Shown piece after piece: positions 12,524-28,380 of a stretch of DNA of 64,000 nt (position 1 is the first letter of the stretch; each line of letters opens with the position of its first letter). Below the pieces are notes generated by a model. It made no database searches. It was not told the origin of the DNA and saw nothing but the letters and a program-made list of their open reading frames with translations. The stretch comes from Octopus sinensis (lineage: Eukaryota): positions 55,304,001-55,368,000 of the forward strand of contig NC_043010.1 of the NCBI RefSeq assembly GCF_006345805.1. The letters are read 5' to 3'. Made by a program: the position numbers and the translations under genes.

Positions 12524-12934
12524 TCTTTATTCTTTTTCTATTCTTTTACTTGTTTCAGTCATTTGACTGTGGCCATGCTGGAGCACCGCCTTTAATCGAG
12601 CAACTCGACCCCGGGACTTATTCTTTTGTAAGCCCAGTACTTATTCTATCGGTTTCTTTTACCGAACCGCTAAGTAACGGGGACATAAACACACCAGCAT
12701 CGGTTGTCAAGCAATGCTAGGGGGACAAACACAGACACACACATACATATATATATATATATACATATATACGACGGGCTTCTTTCAGTTTCTGTCTACC
12801 AAATCCACTCACAAGGCTTTGGTCGGCCCGAGGCTACAGTAGAAGACACTTGCCCAAGGTGCCACGTAGTGGGACTGAACCCGGAACCATGTGGTTGGTA
12901 AACAAGCTACCTACCACACAGCCACTCCTGCGCC
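12524..12934 (-). mobile_element. tRNA-derived SINE, family C (CORE-like CACCTTGGGCAAG block), full length with internal (TA)/(TG) microsatellite
   Basis: Minus strand reads GGCGCAGGAGTGGCTGTGTGGTAG...GGTTCAGTCCC...CACCTTGGGCAAGTGTCTTCTAC and ends GACTGAAACAAGTAAAAGAATA. Confidence 0.92.
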
Positions 12935-13064
12935 TATACATACATATATATCTTAGAATGTCTCCTTCTGGTTTTAATTATTTAAATTCTTTCCCTGAGG
13001 AATCTTTCTCAGAAAGATACAAAATTCCTTCTTTGGAATATAAATGACGAAAAGAATTTCACAT

Positions 13065-13570
13065 CTTCAACTTGAGAAAAGGTTTGAAAATTTTTTTATA
13101 TTTTGTAACGAGTTGATTGATTACTTTTTCTGAAAATCCAAGTTTATCCATACTGTTAGACATTTACTCAATAAAATCAACTGCATCAAAAATTATTGGT
13201 ATAAATGTAAATTTATAATCTGGATATAGTTATCCGCTTTCTCCTTGATTTTGTAAGAGATTTTCACATCAGCAGTACAGGTGACCTCTATGAGCTTAAC
13301 TTGACTGTCCAAAAGAACGTGTGGCCTGTTATGTTACTACTTGATAGATGCTTTGTTAGGAATACTCCACCAACAATCCTTGTGTTGATCTCTGTGTACT
13401 TATTCAATAGCAGGGGGATTCTCTATGTTTATTCCTTTTGTTCTGGGTGTTTTAGAGACAACGTTGTGTCGTACAGGGTGGTAGTAACTTGGTGACATCC
13501 TTGGGCAGCTGCTAAACACATGTATGATGGCTTCCGCAGAAATATGACGTAAACTACATTTTCGGTTGTA
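13065..13570 (-). pseudogene. C-terminal zinc knuckle plus restriction-like endonuclease of an R4-group LINE
   Basis: KCSLRHISAEAIIHVFSSCPRMSPSYYHPVRHNVVSKT...WWSIP...HNRPHV...LIEVTCTADVKISYKIKEKADNY...YPDYKFTFIPII. This shows the CCHC, RH and PD..E..K layout. Confidence 0.85.
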
Positions 13571-13694
13571 TGTATGTACGTACGTATACATTTTTCAGTT
13601 TTATTTCGAGATTTCTTGCGAATAGAGAAAGAACCGGTTTCTAACCTAGACCCAAAGTTCCTTCATTAGTATTTCAATATCAGCAACAGGATAT

Positions 13695-13855
13695 CTTTCT
13701 CTCCTTCTTTTTTCTGTGTCCCTTTCTGTAGAAGAGCGTAAGCTCGAAACATAAAATACTTCTTCAATTTCCTGAGCGTTATACATCTATTTGTTTTATA
13801 CACCACCTGTCTTCGTCTTTTGTTTTTTTTTTCGTGAACTCTCCGCCTATATATG
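13695..13855 (+). mobile_element. Penelope-like pseudo-LTR fragment with hammerhead-like motif
   Basis: CTGTAGAAGAGCGTAAGCTCGAAACATA at 13726-13753. The downstream CACCACCTGTCTTCGTCTTTTG block recurs at about 6385 and 47510. Confidence 0.6.
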
Positions 13856-14922
13856 TTTGTATACGTACTGATTCCCATGTTTTGTTTATGTATATCTACT
13901 CATGCACGTATGTATGTATGTATATATGTATGTATATATGTTTGTTTGTATGTATGTATGTATGTATGTATGTATTCAATCTATAGTGGGTTCGGAAATG
14001 ATAAAAATATTAATTGAGGGAATTATAGTTACTTTTCTCTTCATTAGATTTTGAAGTTTCCTCAACCGATAAGTTATTTGTCGAATTGCAAATGTCCTTC
14101 ATTTTGACATGGACGCATAGTTCCTTCCTGGTAAATATTTCCCTCCATCGTAGAACAGCAAAGCCATCTTACTCTTTCGTAATAGCAGCTTGATCATAAT
14201 AATCTACTTCAATTATCTGTTGCTGTTTTTTGGTGAAAACAGGCATAATCTAATTACACCATCATATTTCAGCTATTGTGAAGACATCCAAGCAGACACA
14301 GTAAGATACTTATATATCTTTCTGAAGAAAAAAAAATTGTTTCAATTAGAAAGATAAGTATTGTTTGAAATAAGAACTTCAGAATAATGTAATGCTGGAA
14401 TTGTTGAGGGTTCTACAATAATTCCTTTACATTAAAGACAAATTAAAACTCATTAAATTGTCTAGACTTTATATTCATGTTTGCGTAGTTCATTAAATGA
14501 TGGTAAATGTTTGCTCCGCTATCGGAACAAAAGCACAGTTTCATTTAAATACTAGTGTGAACCAATGAGATGAAATCGTTGACGATAGTAAACACAAATT
14601 CCATTTCTAATTTCTTATGTACCTAAATGTATATTGGAACGTTTGTGTGTGTATGCGTCTGTGCGTGTGTGTGCGCGTGTGTGCGTTCGTAAGTCTGAGT
14701 GTATTTGTATGTGTTAATGAAAATTTTAAATTAATTATGGCGTTGATTAAACGAAATACCTTTATATATCTGATACATATATTAGTCTGTACTGCACAAT
14801 TAAATGTATGAAACACAATATTGATGCCATACATACCTACACACAAACACACACACACACACCAACACACACACACACACACACACATACTCACACACAC
14901 AAAAACAAACAATCATACATGC

Positions 14923-14975
<53 letters not shown>

Positions 14976-15130
14976 AATACAAATAGATACATACACACAT
15001 GCACACATATATGTGTGTACGTGATTGTGTGTGCGTGCGTGCATGTGTGTGTACGTGTGGACGTGTGGACGTGTGCACGTGTGAATATACATATGTATCT
15101 ATGCGTGTGTGGATTTGTGTTTATTTATGC

Positions 15131-15162
<32 letters not shown>

Positions 15163-15273
15163 ATACATACATATACATATATATATATATATCATATAAC
15201 TCTGTGTCTATGTATAGATGTACATACAAGCACACACTCACGCACACAAACATACACACTGATATATACATAA

Positions 15274-15305
<32 letters not shown>

Positions 15306-15941
15306 GTGTGTATATATATCTATATACATGTATATATATATGTATATATATATATATGCTATCCAAACACTAAAACTCTATAGGAAAGACGACTTCATTT
15401 TACTAATTCAGGAATCAATTAACTAATTCAGAAATCAAAGCATTCTCCTTTGATCTTATGGGTTAGAGATTATTTTTCCTTAAGCCTTTCACTGCTTAAT
15501 TAAATTTCTTGGTCATTCCCTTAATGATGTTAATTATCCACTAAAAAAAAATACATTTGATACTTTTTCTAATTCAGCAATACTGATTGCAGTATCACCT
15601 GTGGGTATGGTTTTCATAAGCAACATTAAAAGTATTTCACTCGTCCTCTGTAAAGAGATATTTGATGAAATATATAAATAAAATTAAGAAATTTTGAAAA
15701 AATTGCTTTGTAAAACGTGTCACTGATGAGGTCTCCGCTTTTCGTAGCTTAAAACAAGTTTGTTTTGTTTTGCTTCTTGTTTTTTTCCGCAAAGCCTTTG
15801 GGTGAAAATCGCTTCCTACATTTAATGCAAAAAGAAAATTTAAGTGGTTATACACCCGCTTTCGGCGTTCGGGTTATTGTTTAGATATTTTAAGAACTTC
15901 CTCAGTGGAGGTAGACATTTTGAGTACGCAGAAATTTTGAG

Positions 15942-16362
15942 AAGGCAGCGAACTGACAGAAACGTTAACACGCCGGACGAAATGCTTAGCGGTATTTCGT
16001 CTGCCCTTACGTTCTGAGTCCAAATTCCGCCGAGGTTGACGTTGCCTTTCATCCTTTCGGGGTCGATAAACTAAGTACCAGTTACTCACTGGGGTCGATA
16101 TAATCGACTTAATCCGCTTGTCTGTCCTTGTTAGTCCCCTCTGTGTTTAGCCCCTTGTGGGTAGTAAAGACATGGGTATTTCGTCTGCCGTTACGTTCTG
16201 AGTTCAAATTCCGCCGAGGTCGACTTTGCCTTTTCATCCTTTCGGGGTCGATAAATTAAGTACCAGTTACGCACTGGGATCAATGTAATCCACTTAGACC
16301 GTTTGTCTGTCCTTGTTTGTCCCATCTGTGTTTAGCCCCTTGTGGGTAGTAAAGAAATGGGT
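15942..16362 (+). mobile_element. SINE family B head-to-tail dimer
   Basis: A full unit is followed by a second unit restarting at GGTATTTCGTCTGCC. One 12-bp TSD AGAAATTTTGAG (15930-15941 and 16363-16374) flanks both units. Confidence 0.9.
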
Positions 16363-16894
16363 AGAAATTTTGAGTATGTGGGATATTTCACACATATATT
16401 TGCGTACAGGTGTTAGATCTTACAAAACTGATGAAATGAATTTGAACCGTTGTTCTGAATTTCCTGTTCCACTATCCTACGTAAAGTGACAACAACGCAA
16501 CAAAACTTGTCTTCACTCTTCACTTACTGTAAGTAGAAACTAAATTCCTCGTCATTCAACATCGATTCAGACGACTATTCATGCAAAAGATGCAATTGTT
16601 TGCTATCTACAACTGTATGCTACAGTATAGAATACAATACAGTTCTAGTTAACTGTTAAGTATTATTACGAAGGAACTCCGAACATTGGAGAGTTAAACC
16701 CATGTAAATAAAATTGGTGACAAAATTAAATAGCCAGGCAAATTGTGAATCTCTCTCTCTCTCTCACTCTCTCTACCTCTCTCTCTCACACTCTCTGTAC
16801 CTCTCTCTCTCTCTCATACTCTCTATCTCTTACTCTGTATAGATTGATAGATAGACAGATATAGAGGTATAGATAGGGAGACAGATATATATGC

Positions 16895-16937
<43 letters not shown>

Positions 16938-17063
16938 TATATATATGTATGTATACATATATACGTATATAAGAATATATATATATATATACGTATATAA
17001 GTATATATATGTATATATATATATACGTATATAAGTATATATATATATATACATGTATATAAG

Positions 17064-17100
<37 letters not shown>

Positions 17101-17819
17101 TTAAATGTATGTATATATATGTATGTATGCATATATATATATATATATATGCAAATGTATGTATATATGTATATATATGTATATAGATAGATAGATAAAT
17201 ACATACATACATACACGCATACAGAGATACATACAGACATATATAAACTCACACTGTCCATAGAAATATTCATGCATACATGAGGTGAGCTTGTAGCTCT
17301 GTGTCTGTTTCAATAACGATTAGTCCCTGTACGCTTTTCAGTATAGGCAAACATCTTGTGTATTATTATGTACTTGTATTTCTGTGGATATTAAGAGGTC
17401 ATTCTCTGGATATTTATGTATTGTTGTAAAATAGAATAGATTGGGCATAATTATATTTCAATTACTGCATATATTAAGAATGTATACACGAATACACACT
17501 CACACAAATATACCTGTGTATGCATGTGAATGTGTGTGTGTGATCATACATGTATATACACATATCCGCTCACTTATATATGTAAATGTATACATTTATG
17601 TATGAGTACCTCTTTATATATGTACTCATACGAAAGTTATGCACATAATCATTAACATAAGCAATTTTAGTTATATATGTGACTATATATATATGTACAC
17701 AAACACATACACATGTATCTATATGTATATATAATCTATATGTATATATCTCTAACTAACCTATTTATTTATCTCTCTATCTCTATCTCTCTCTACCTCT
17801 ACTTCTCTCTCCATATATA

Positions 17820-18246
<427 letters not shown>

Positions 18247-18331
18247 TCATAGGGAAAACTATACCAATGAGAATAAGCTATAATGAGCATGAATTAGGTA
18301 GGATTTGAATAGGAAGGTGAGGAACAGTGAC

Positions 18332-18380
<49 letters not shown>

Positions 18381-19020
18381 GGAATCTATACAATGCGTTA
18401 TACTATTCTCCCAGACATCTCTCGATAAACACAACTTAAAGAGAAATTGTGAACTCACAGCCAAACACTAGCAAACACATACATACATATATTACCTAAA
18501 TAATTAAAACTAAGTGCCATTCGACAAATATTAAGGGAGATCTTCCATATAATAATCTTCGTGGTGATGTTAAAAGCAATGACAAAGATAAGTAGACGGA
18601 GTCTGAATGTTTATCTTTTACTTCATATTTGATGTTTTATTAATTCTCTGCAAATGTTGACATCTCCATTATACATTCTACAGACGGAACACCCGGCTTT
18701 GTCATTAATATATCTTCGTCTATGTCTTTCCCCCCGCTCTCTTTCGTTTCCCCCCGTTCGTATTCTCTCTTGGTTTCCGTATTTGTCTTTCTTCCCCTCA
18801 TTCTTCTACCGTTCGTTTCCGCTTGAATTTCTAAGTGTTTCATAATCATTATCTACTTTCTGCACTGTGTTCTGGGTGTCTATGAATGTGTGCTTGACTT
18901 TCTAATTGTGAATTTATTGCAAATTGTGGTATGTCTGAGCGATATAGTCCAATTGGTTATTAGAATATAATTGGCTGTGAACATATGTACGAGGGTGTAT
19001 GTGTGTATGAGTGTATATGC

Positions 19021-19222
19021 CAGTGGTTCTCAACCGGGGTTCCGCCAGTACAGTCCATGGGGTTCCGCAAGAAGTTACAAAAATGCTAAAATCGACAGTA
19101 ATTTTTAATTCTCCTGTGCAGATATGTGTGCATAAGACAATTAAATTATTGCACAGGGGTTCCTCGAGCCAGTGGAATATTTTCTTGGGGCTCCGCTCCA
19201 GCAAAAAGGCTGAAAAGCACTG
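19021..19222. mobile_element. hAT (Charlie-type) MITE
   Basis: TIRs CAGTGGTTCTCAACC and GGCTGAAAAGCACTG. The 8-bp TSD GTATATGC / GTGTACGC matches at 6 of 8 positions with a central TA. Confidence 0.85.
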
Positions 19223-19524
19223 GTGTACGCATACATGTATGTATATAAAGAATAATGGAAACGAAAGACAACTCTCACGATGTTATTTAAATCATGATGA
19301 TATAAATGATTTAAATAATATTTTGAACGTTTGTCATGATTTTTCCTCATTCTTGTTCTCCAAAATACGAGGAATTGAGCCCCACGCAAGTGCTTTTACT
19401 AATTCCTAGGACGCATATGTGACATTTGGCTATCTTGTAACCGTTCCTCTAGATCTTTCTTATATATCACACATTTATATGTGTGTATATAATATATATA
19501 TATATATATATATCTATATTATCT

Positions 19525-19599
<75 letters not shown>

Positions 19600-19604
19600 A
19601 TAAT

Positions 19605-22140
<2,536 letters not shown>

Positions 22141-22663
22141 TATGTGTGTGTGTGGTGTGTGTGTGTATGCATACATAATACATACACACACAAACATACA
22201 TCTTATGTGAATGTGAGTACCTTGGAGATTATGTTATTCTCCTGACGATCGTAAGGCTGGGGGGTAAATACTATGCGACGCCTGCTCTACATGATCATGA
22301 AACTCACTTTGCTTAAGTTCACTTAGTAAGCAAAAGTGTACCTGTGTTTCTAGGGTATCTGTTTCGCAATGGTCCAGATTCTAAGTGACGCTCTATCTCC
22401 CTAAGAAATTCTCTATAGGCACAAGCGTTTATGGAATGCTCAGCTACTGTCAAGTTAATTTCACTATCGGACTTTATCGTTCCTCGGACCCCCTGCAACG
22501 ATCTTCATCGTAACTGACGAAGTGCTGCTCAAGTTTGTATGTGTGTACATATATATATATATATCTTATATATATATATATATATAATATATAAATATTA
22601 GGAAATAAATCCAAACTTACAGGGAAAAATCAGATTTAGGATTGAATCCAATTTTATAGTAAA

Positions 22664-22921
22664 ATATATATTATATTAAATTAGAGATAAAACCACTATT
22701 AGGCAAATCATACAATGAAAAACTTAAACCAATACATATAAGATTATTTAAATTATATTATTTAAATATATAACAAAATTATTAAAAAATTATTAATTAT
22801 ATTTTTTTTAATAATTTTGTTATATATTTAAATAATACAATTTAAATAATCTTATATGTATTGGTTTAAGTTTTTCATTGTATGATTTGCTTAATAGTGG
22901 TTTTATCTCTAATTTAATGTA

Positions 22922-22928
<7 letters not shown>
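22664..22928. repeat. Near-perfect inverted repeat, arms about 125 bp, spacer about 14 nt
   Basis: 22664-22789 is the reverse complement of 22804-22928 with about 3 substitutions. Confidence 0.93.
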
Positions 22929-22982
<54 letters not shown>

Positions 22983-23580
22983 TGTGTGCGTGTGTGTGTG
23001 TCGTTTTCTATATGTGTATTTACGCACAAAATATGCAGACGCACACATGGATTTAGTAGAAAAATCAAGAACAGAACTTAGTACTTGAGTATATATATTG
23101 AGAATAAAGGTCGTGAGAATTTTGAAAATAAATCTTTTTGTTTCTTCATTATTATTATTAGCGCTTGCCAAATAGAATTTTGCCCAATAGAATTTTGTGA
23201 CGGACCAAATAGCTTCCACAAACCCACCAAAAGCATGAAACTGATGCTTTTCGTGTGGTTTTGTTTAGGAAAGAACCTTATATTTTTTTGTTTTTTTAGG
23301 TGAGGTTCCATGACAATAGAGATAGATAAAACATACGTAGGTAAATAGGCTGATAGATAGATACATAAAAAGATAGATAGGTCTATAAATATGCTCATAT
23401 ATATACATACACATACATATATATATATATGTACCGATATTTGACCAGTAATTCGTAATGAATGGGTAGCGCCATTTGTTCAGGAAAAAGGGTTTTGTGT
23501 ACGTCATAAAGAACTTTATGTGTATGTGTGTATGTATGTGTGTGTATCTGTCTGTCTCTGTGTGTATATATACATAGACA

Positions 23581-23616
<36 letters not shown>

Positions 23617-24120
23617 TGAGAAATCAGAAAAGCTATCAGAGACAATAACATGTTGACAGGTACAATATATAAACTGACAATTTAATATGCACGTGTTCAT
23701 CGTGCTATGTACAAGAGAGGTTTGGAATTACTGAATTCCAAAGATGCAGAGATTATCAAAGGGTCACTGAAACTACAATGGAATCTAAACTAGATGATAC
23801 GCGATAGAGGCAATCAGATAGTGCTATGCACAGTGTCACCTTGCGAGAAGGAGAAATAAACGCAGATGTAGTGTTGCGGAAGTGATAGACAGATGAGAAG
23901 TAAATACTGCGATAAGATCAATCGAAGAATTACATTGAATTAAAATGCTCACCTTGCAATGGCACCTGCTTCATTACGGTGACATGCGATCAGAGCTGAT
24001 TGTCGTTCGACATGCGTCTATATATGTGTCGAAGTGAAGATAGAGATACCGAACTTAGATAACTCTGAAGAATTAAACAGTCTCTGTACAAACATAGAAG
24101 GGCGTACATATATACATACC

Positions 24121-24174
<54 letters not shown>

Positions 24175-24315
24175 CAAAATAAGCAAAAAGTATATCTCGG
24201 ATTTGGTACGGTCGCACCAAATTACCGAAGATATACTTGTATGGAATATATACTATACAGATTTCTGGTGCCTCTGACTTAAGTAGCATATACATTTCAA
24301 TCTAAATTTGCTGAA

Positions 24316-24395
<80 letters not shown>

Positions 24396-25720
24396 TATAT
24401 ATATATATATATCTCCATGTGTGTATGCGTGTGAGTGTGCTTGCGTGTATCTTGCAGTATATGCGTGTTTGTACATATATCTTTTCACACGCACTCTTTC
24501 ACACGCATATACGCATATATCTATCTATATATATATATACACATGCGTATATGCGTATATACGTGTGCAAGTGAGCACGTGTATAGACACATAGGGGCAT
24601 TTGAATACTTAGTAACTTAGACTTGTTTATGTAAATATTACGTAATATGTTAAAGTACATTGATTACCAAAATGCACAATCAATATTTGTCTATATATAC
24701 TTACATATAAATGCATACGTACTTACTTATATACGTGTATATTTCTACAGATACTCGCACTTATGGCCACTCAAATTTATCTCCCTTGCAGCTGTCGCAT
24801 TCTTTCCCCTTCACATCCAGCTATACCAGACAATGTAGACTGATTTGAAAGTTTTCTATGTTACGCGTTTGTTTCTCTATTTAAATCCTTTCGTTGCGTC
24901 CATATTTCTGAAGAGGAGCCCATGATCGAAATATGAAGACATTTCAAAAGAATTGTTTTTCATACATTTCAGCCTCGTAAATATGTTTTTCTCTGTGTCA
25001 AATTGACTTCTTATTCGTGAAATCAACCTATCCTGATTCTTAAATAACCATGCGTATTAAGGCAATCACATTCAGGATCTCTTTCCCGGATTTCCCTCTT
25101 GTGTATGTTATAACATTTAGGTCACTCTATGTAAATCCGGTCTAATGTCATATTATTTATATATAACTAAGATAAAATATCATATCAATCAGAATATTGT
25201 AATTATTTCCATATATATCGGAAATAGCTCTAAATATCAAGCTTCTTAGTAAAACAAAATTTTTCGAGAATTTTACCAGTTCTCTCCCATACCGACCGAA
25301 AGGATTAAAATGACGAGCATACTTGAGATTACCTAGTAATTTGTTCAGACCGCTGTTCTTCCAAATTAGCTTACATTTTCCTGCATTGGCATTGTTAAAG
25401 GGAAGATAATTTTCCCCCCACATGACCCATATGAAGTTCGAGCTTCTTTGTCGTATGAATATATACTTATATACAAATAAACTATAGCTTGATGCTCTAC
25501 ATCTTATAGCAGAAAGTAGCTGTCAGCTAATGACGTTCATAACATCCTTTTTTTCGTTTTGTTATTTTAATTACTTATCACCCTGTAGTCGATTACTGAA
25601 GAAAATATATACTAAGTTCTAACACCAGGTTGTTACCACTTCGACTAATTCATAACACATAACTAGGTTATTAGCATCGCTAAGCCTAAGCGAAATAATA
25701 AAATATACAAATAAATCATA

Positions 25721-25761
<41 letters not shown>

Positions 25762-25861
25762 GCACACACATTTCTAGATATACACATACACGTACACACT
25801 AACACACACAAATATTCACACACATACACACACACGTGCACACATATTTACATCCTATCGG

Positions 25862-26289
25862 CTCACTCTTTTACTTGTTTCAATTATTTGATTGTGGCCA
25901 TGCAGGAGCACCGCCTTTAGTCGAGCAAATCGACCCCAGGACTTATTTTTTGTAAGCCTAGTACTTATTCTATCACCCTTACGCCGAACCACTATGTTAC
26001 GGGGTAAGTAAACACACCAGCATCGGTTGTTAAGCGATGTTTGGGGGACAAAAACAGACACACAAACACAATACACACATACATACTTATATTATATATA
26101 TATATATATAATATATAATATATATGTATATGACGGGCTTCTTTCAGTTTCCGTCTACCAAATCCACTCACAAGGCTTTGGTCGGCCCGAGGCTATAGTA
26201 GAAGATACTTGCCCAAGGTGCAACGCAGTGGGACTGAACCCGGAACCATGTGTTTCGTAAGCAAGCTACTTACGACACAGCCACTCATA
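25862..26289 (-). mobile_element. SINE family C, full length
   Basis: Same blocks as 12524-12934. Confidence 0.9.
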
Positions 26290-26708
26290 CTTTTTGATAA
26301 GATAAAGTACCAGCTTTGTTCTGGGATCAAATTTATTGACTATTCCCTACCCTAAATTTCTGGCCTTTGCAAATATAAGAATAGATTATAACTGTTCGGC
26401 AAGAATTGTGGTGCCGTAGACTATGCACTGTCTCCAGATTGTAATTACCTAGGGCAGAGACAGGTGACAAGGAGAAAGCTAAGAATCTTTGCAAGGAGTA
26501 AAAACTAGAGACAGCTATGAAAAAAATTTCTGATACATCGCTATAAATGATATGAAAAAGACAACCAAATTGTACTGGAAATTCGTGGCCCCCTTCCCAA
26601 AGTCAGTTCTGCTATAGGTGCAAGGCCTGAAACCTTGCGGGACAGGGTAAATAGATTATACTGAGGTTAGTAGTGTTCAACTAGCAATTATTATATCGAC
26701 CCAAAATA

Positions 26709-27274
26709 TTGGGTTGTCGGAATACTCCTGCCGATTTATTGTAGCTTACGTTTCGACTTATTTTAGAACATGGTTGAGTCCATAAAATAGGATTTGACTA
26801 CACCTCCATTTAGAACACAGTTTAAGCTATCTTTTCGTGGAAGAAGATTTATGTTCCTATAACCTGTATTAATTCTGTAACCCTTTAAAATGGAAGATAA
26901 GAAAGTTCATTTTTGGCACTTGATGCATTTGGAGTCAGACAAAAATTGCTGCAGCTCGGCCGGGATGTGTTACCCCACCCTCCATATTCACCAGATATTA
27001 CTCCTTCGGATTTCCACTTATTCAGGTCTCTGCAGAATAGTTTTAATATTAAAAATTTCAAATCCTTGGATGACGTAGAAAGATACCTTGATGAATTCTT
27101 TGCCATGAAACCACCTCAATTCTGGGAAGTGGGTATTTTCAAGTTAAAGGAAAGATGGAGACGCATTGTACAACAAGATGTTTTTATATTTGGATGATTA
27201 AAAATGTAATGGCAAGTATTTATTGACATTTTTATTTACTTTAAAAATTGGCACGAACTTTCCAGACAACCGAA
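26709..27274 (+). mobile_element. Internally deleted mariner transposon
   Basis: TA|TTGGGTTGTCGGAATACTCCTGCCGATTT...AAATTGGCACGAACTTTCCAGACAACCGAA|TA gives TIRs plus a TA TSD, with a transposase remnant inside. Confidence 0.93.
26890..27197 (+). pseudogene. Mariner transposase N-terminus fused out of frame to its C-terminus
   Basis: MEDKKVHFWHLM is joined near 26928 to VRQKLLQLGRDVLPHPPYSPDITPSDFHLFRSLQN...GIFKLKERWRRIV, which carries the YSPDxxPSD mariner motif. Confidence 0.92.
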
Positions 27275-28139
27275 TAGTAGCAGGTTAAGTCGACTTTGGC
27301 GGAATTCGAACTCAAGATGTTAATGTCGTAGAAATCCCAGTTAGCATTATGAACTGTGCGCTAACGATTTTGCCATCTGACCGGCTTAAACGATAGATAA
27401 CAAAATAAGAACATCCTGGAAAATGCACAACTCGTTAATACCCGTGTAAATATCACTGCAATTCTGAGGGTGACCAACCATTTGAAGGCTATTTGGATTT
27501 TGAGGATGAATGCCAAATTTGGACAATTAATAGAAATAAATATGATCGCGTGTTCAGTGACGATAACGGAACAATTACGCTAGAAAATGTACGAACAGAA
27601 TCTAGAGTCTTTTGTCGTGAAAAATAACGCATTCAAGACATTGATGGGGGAAGTAAAGAGCAACGCTGAATTGAAATAGACTTTCAAAGTATGATAATGT
27701 ATAGAATATAGAAGATGGAGGAAACGAAAAGACACCATCTGTGTGCAACATCAAAGAAGTGAGACAAACCAAGGAAGTTAGAAATTGGCAGGGTTGCTTT
27801 CTGGAACTGGATCTATTAATGAGAATGAGGGGAAGTAGTGGGGGGGGGGGGAAAGCAATTTTAGCTGCGAAGGTAATAAAAGCAGTGAGAAATTGGAAGA
27901 CAAGTCCGCTGCAGGAGAGAGGAATGAAATAGTGAGAAAGAAAGGATAAACAGGGACGTGCGAAAAATGTGAAGGAGAGAGGTTTCTTTTTTCAAGGAGC
28001 GGAAACAGGTGTTTGTTGAAAAAAGAAAAGCTTGAGCTGCATCAGAACAGTTAACATGGAAAAATATCTCTCTATATGACGAAACACAAAAGTATAGGGA
28101 AAGGTGTAAACAAAACATAAATATTAAAGCACACATACA

Positions 28140-28183
<44 letters not shown>

Positions 28184-28275
28184 GGAGAGAGAGAGAGAGA
28201 GCGGCGAGAGGGAGACATAGATAGATAGATAGATAATTACATATATACAGTTATATATATATATATATATAGATA

Positions 28276-28317
<42 letters not shown>

Positions 28318-28380
28318 ATTATAGATGCATATTATTATATATAGTGAGATATATATATATTTATATTTATACATATATAT

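Larger units (their letters stand above)
26612..27390 (-). mobile_element. Old family B SINE split in two by the mariner
   Basis: TATCGACCCAAAA lies to the left and AGGTTAAGTCGACTTTGGCGGAATTCGAACTC to the right. These are adjacent blocks in intact family B copies. Confidence 0.75.

Noticed and set aside
14094-14125. VLHFDMDA, resembling a Y-family polymerase motif
   Set aside because: It is followed immediately by a stop and no other motifs, so it is probably chance.
15722-15750. CTGATGAG hammerhead box
   Set aside because: There is no downstream stem II closure with GAAA.
25157-25470. GIY-YIG-like SSNFIWVMWGENYL
   Set aside because: Too degenerate to call without a search, because the cysteines and the YIG motif are missing.
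27439-27626. Open stretch PCKYHCNSEGDQPFEGYLDFEDECQIW...
   Set aside because: No start codon, convincing splice sites or recognisable domain.
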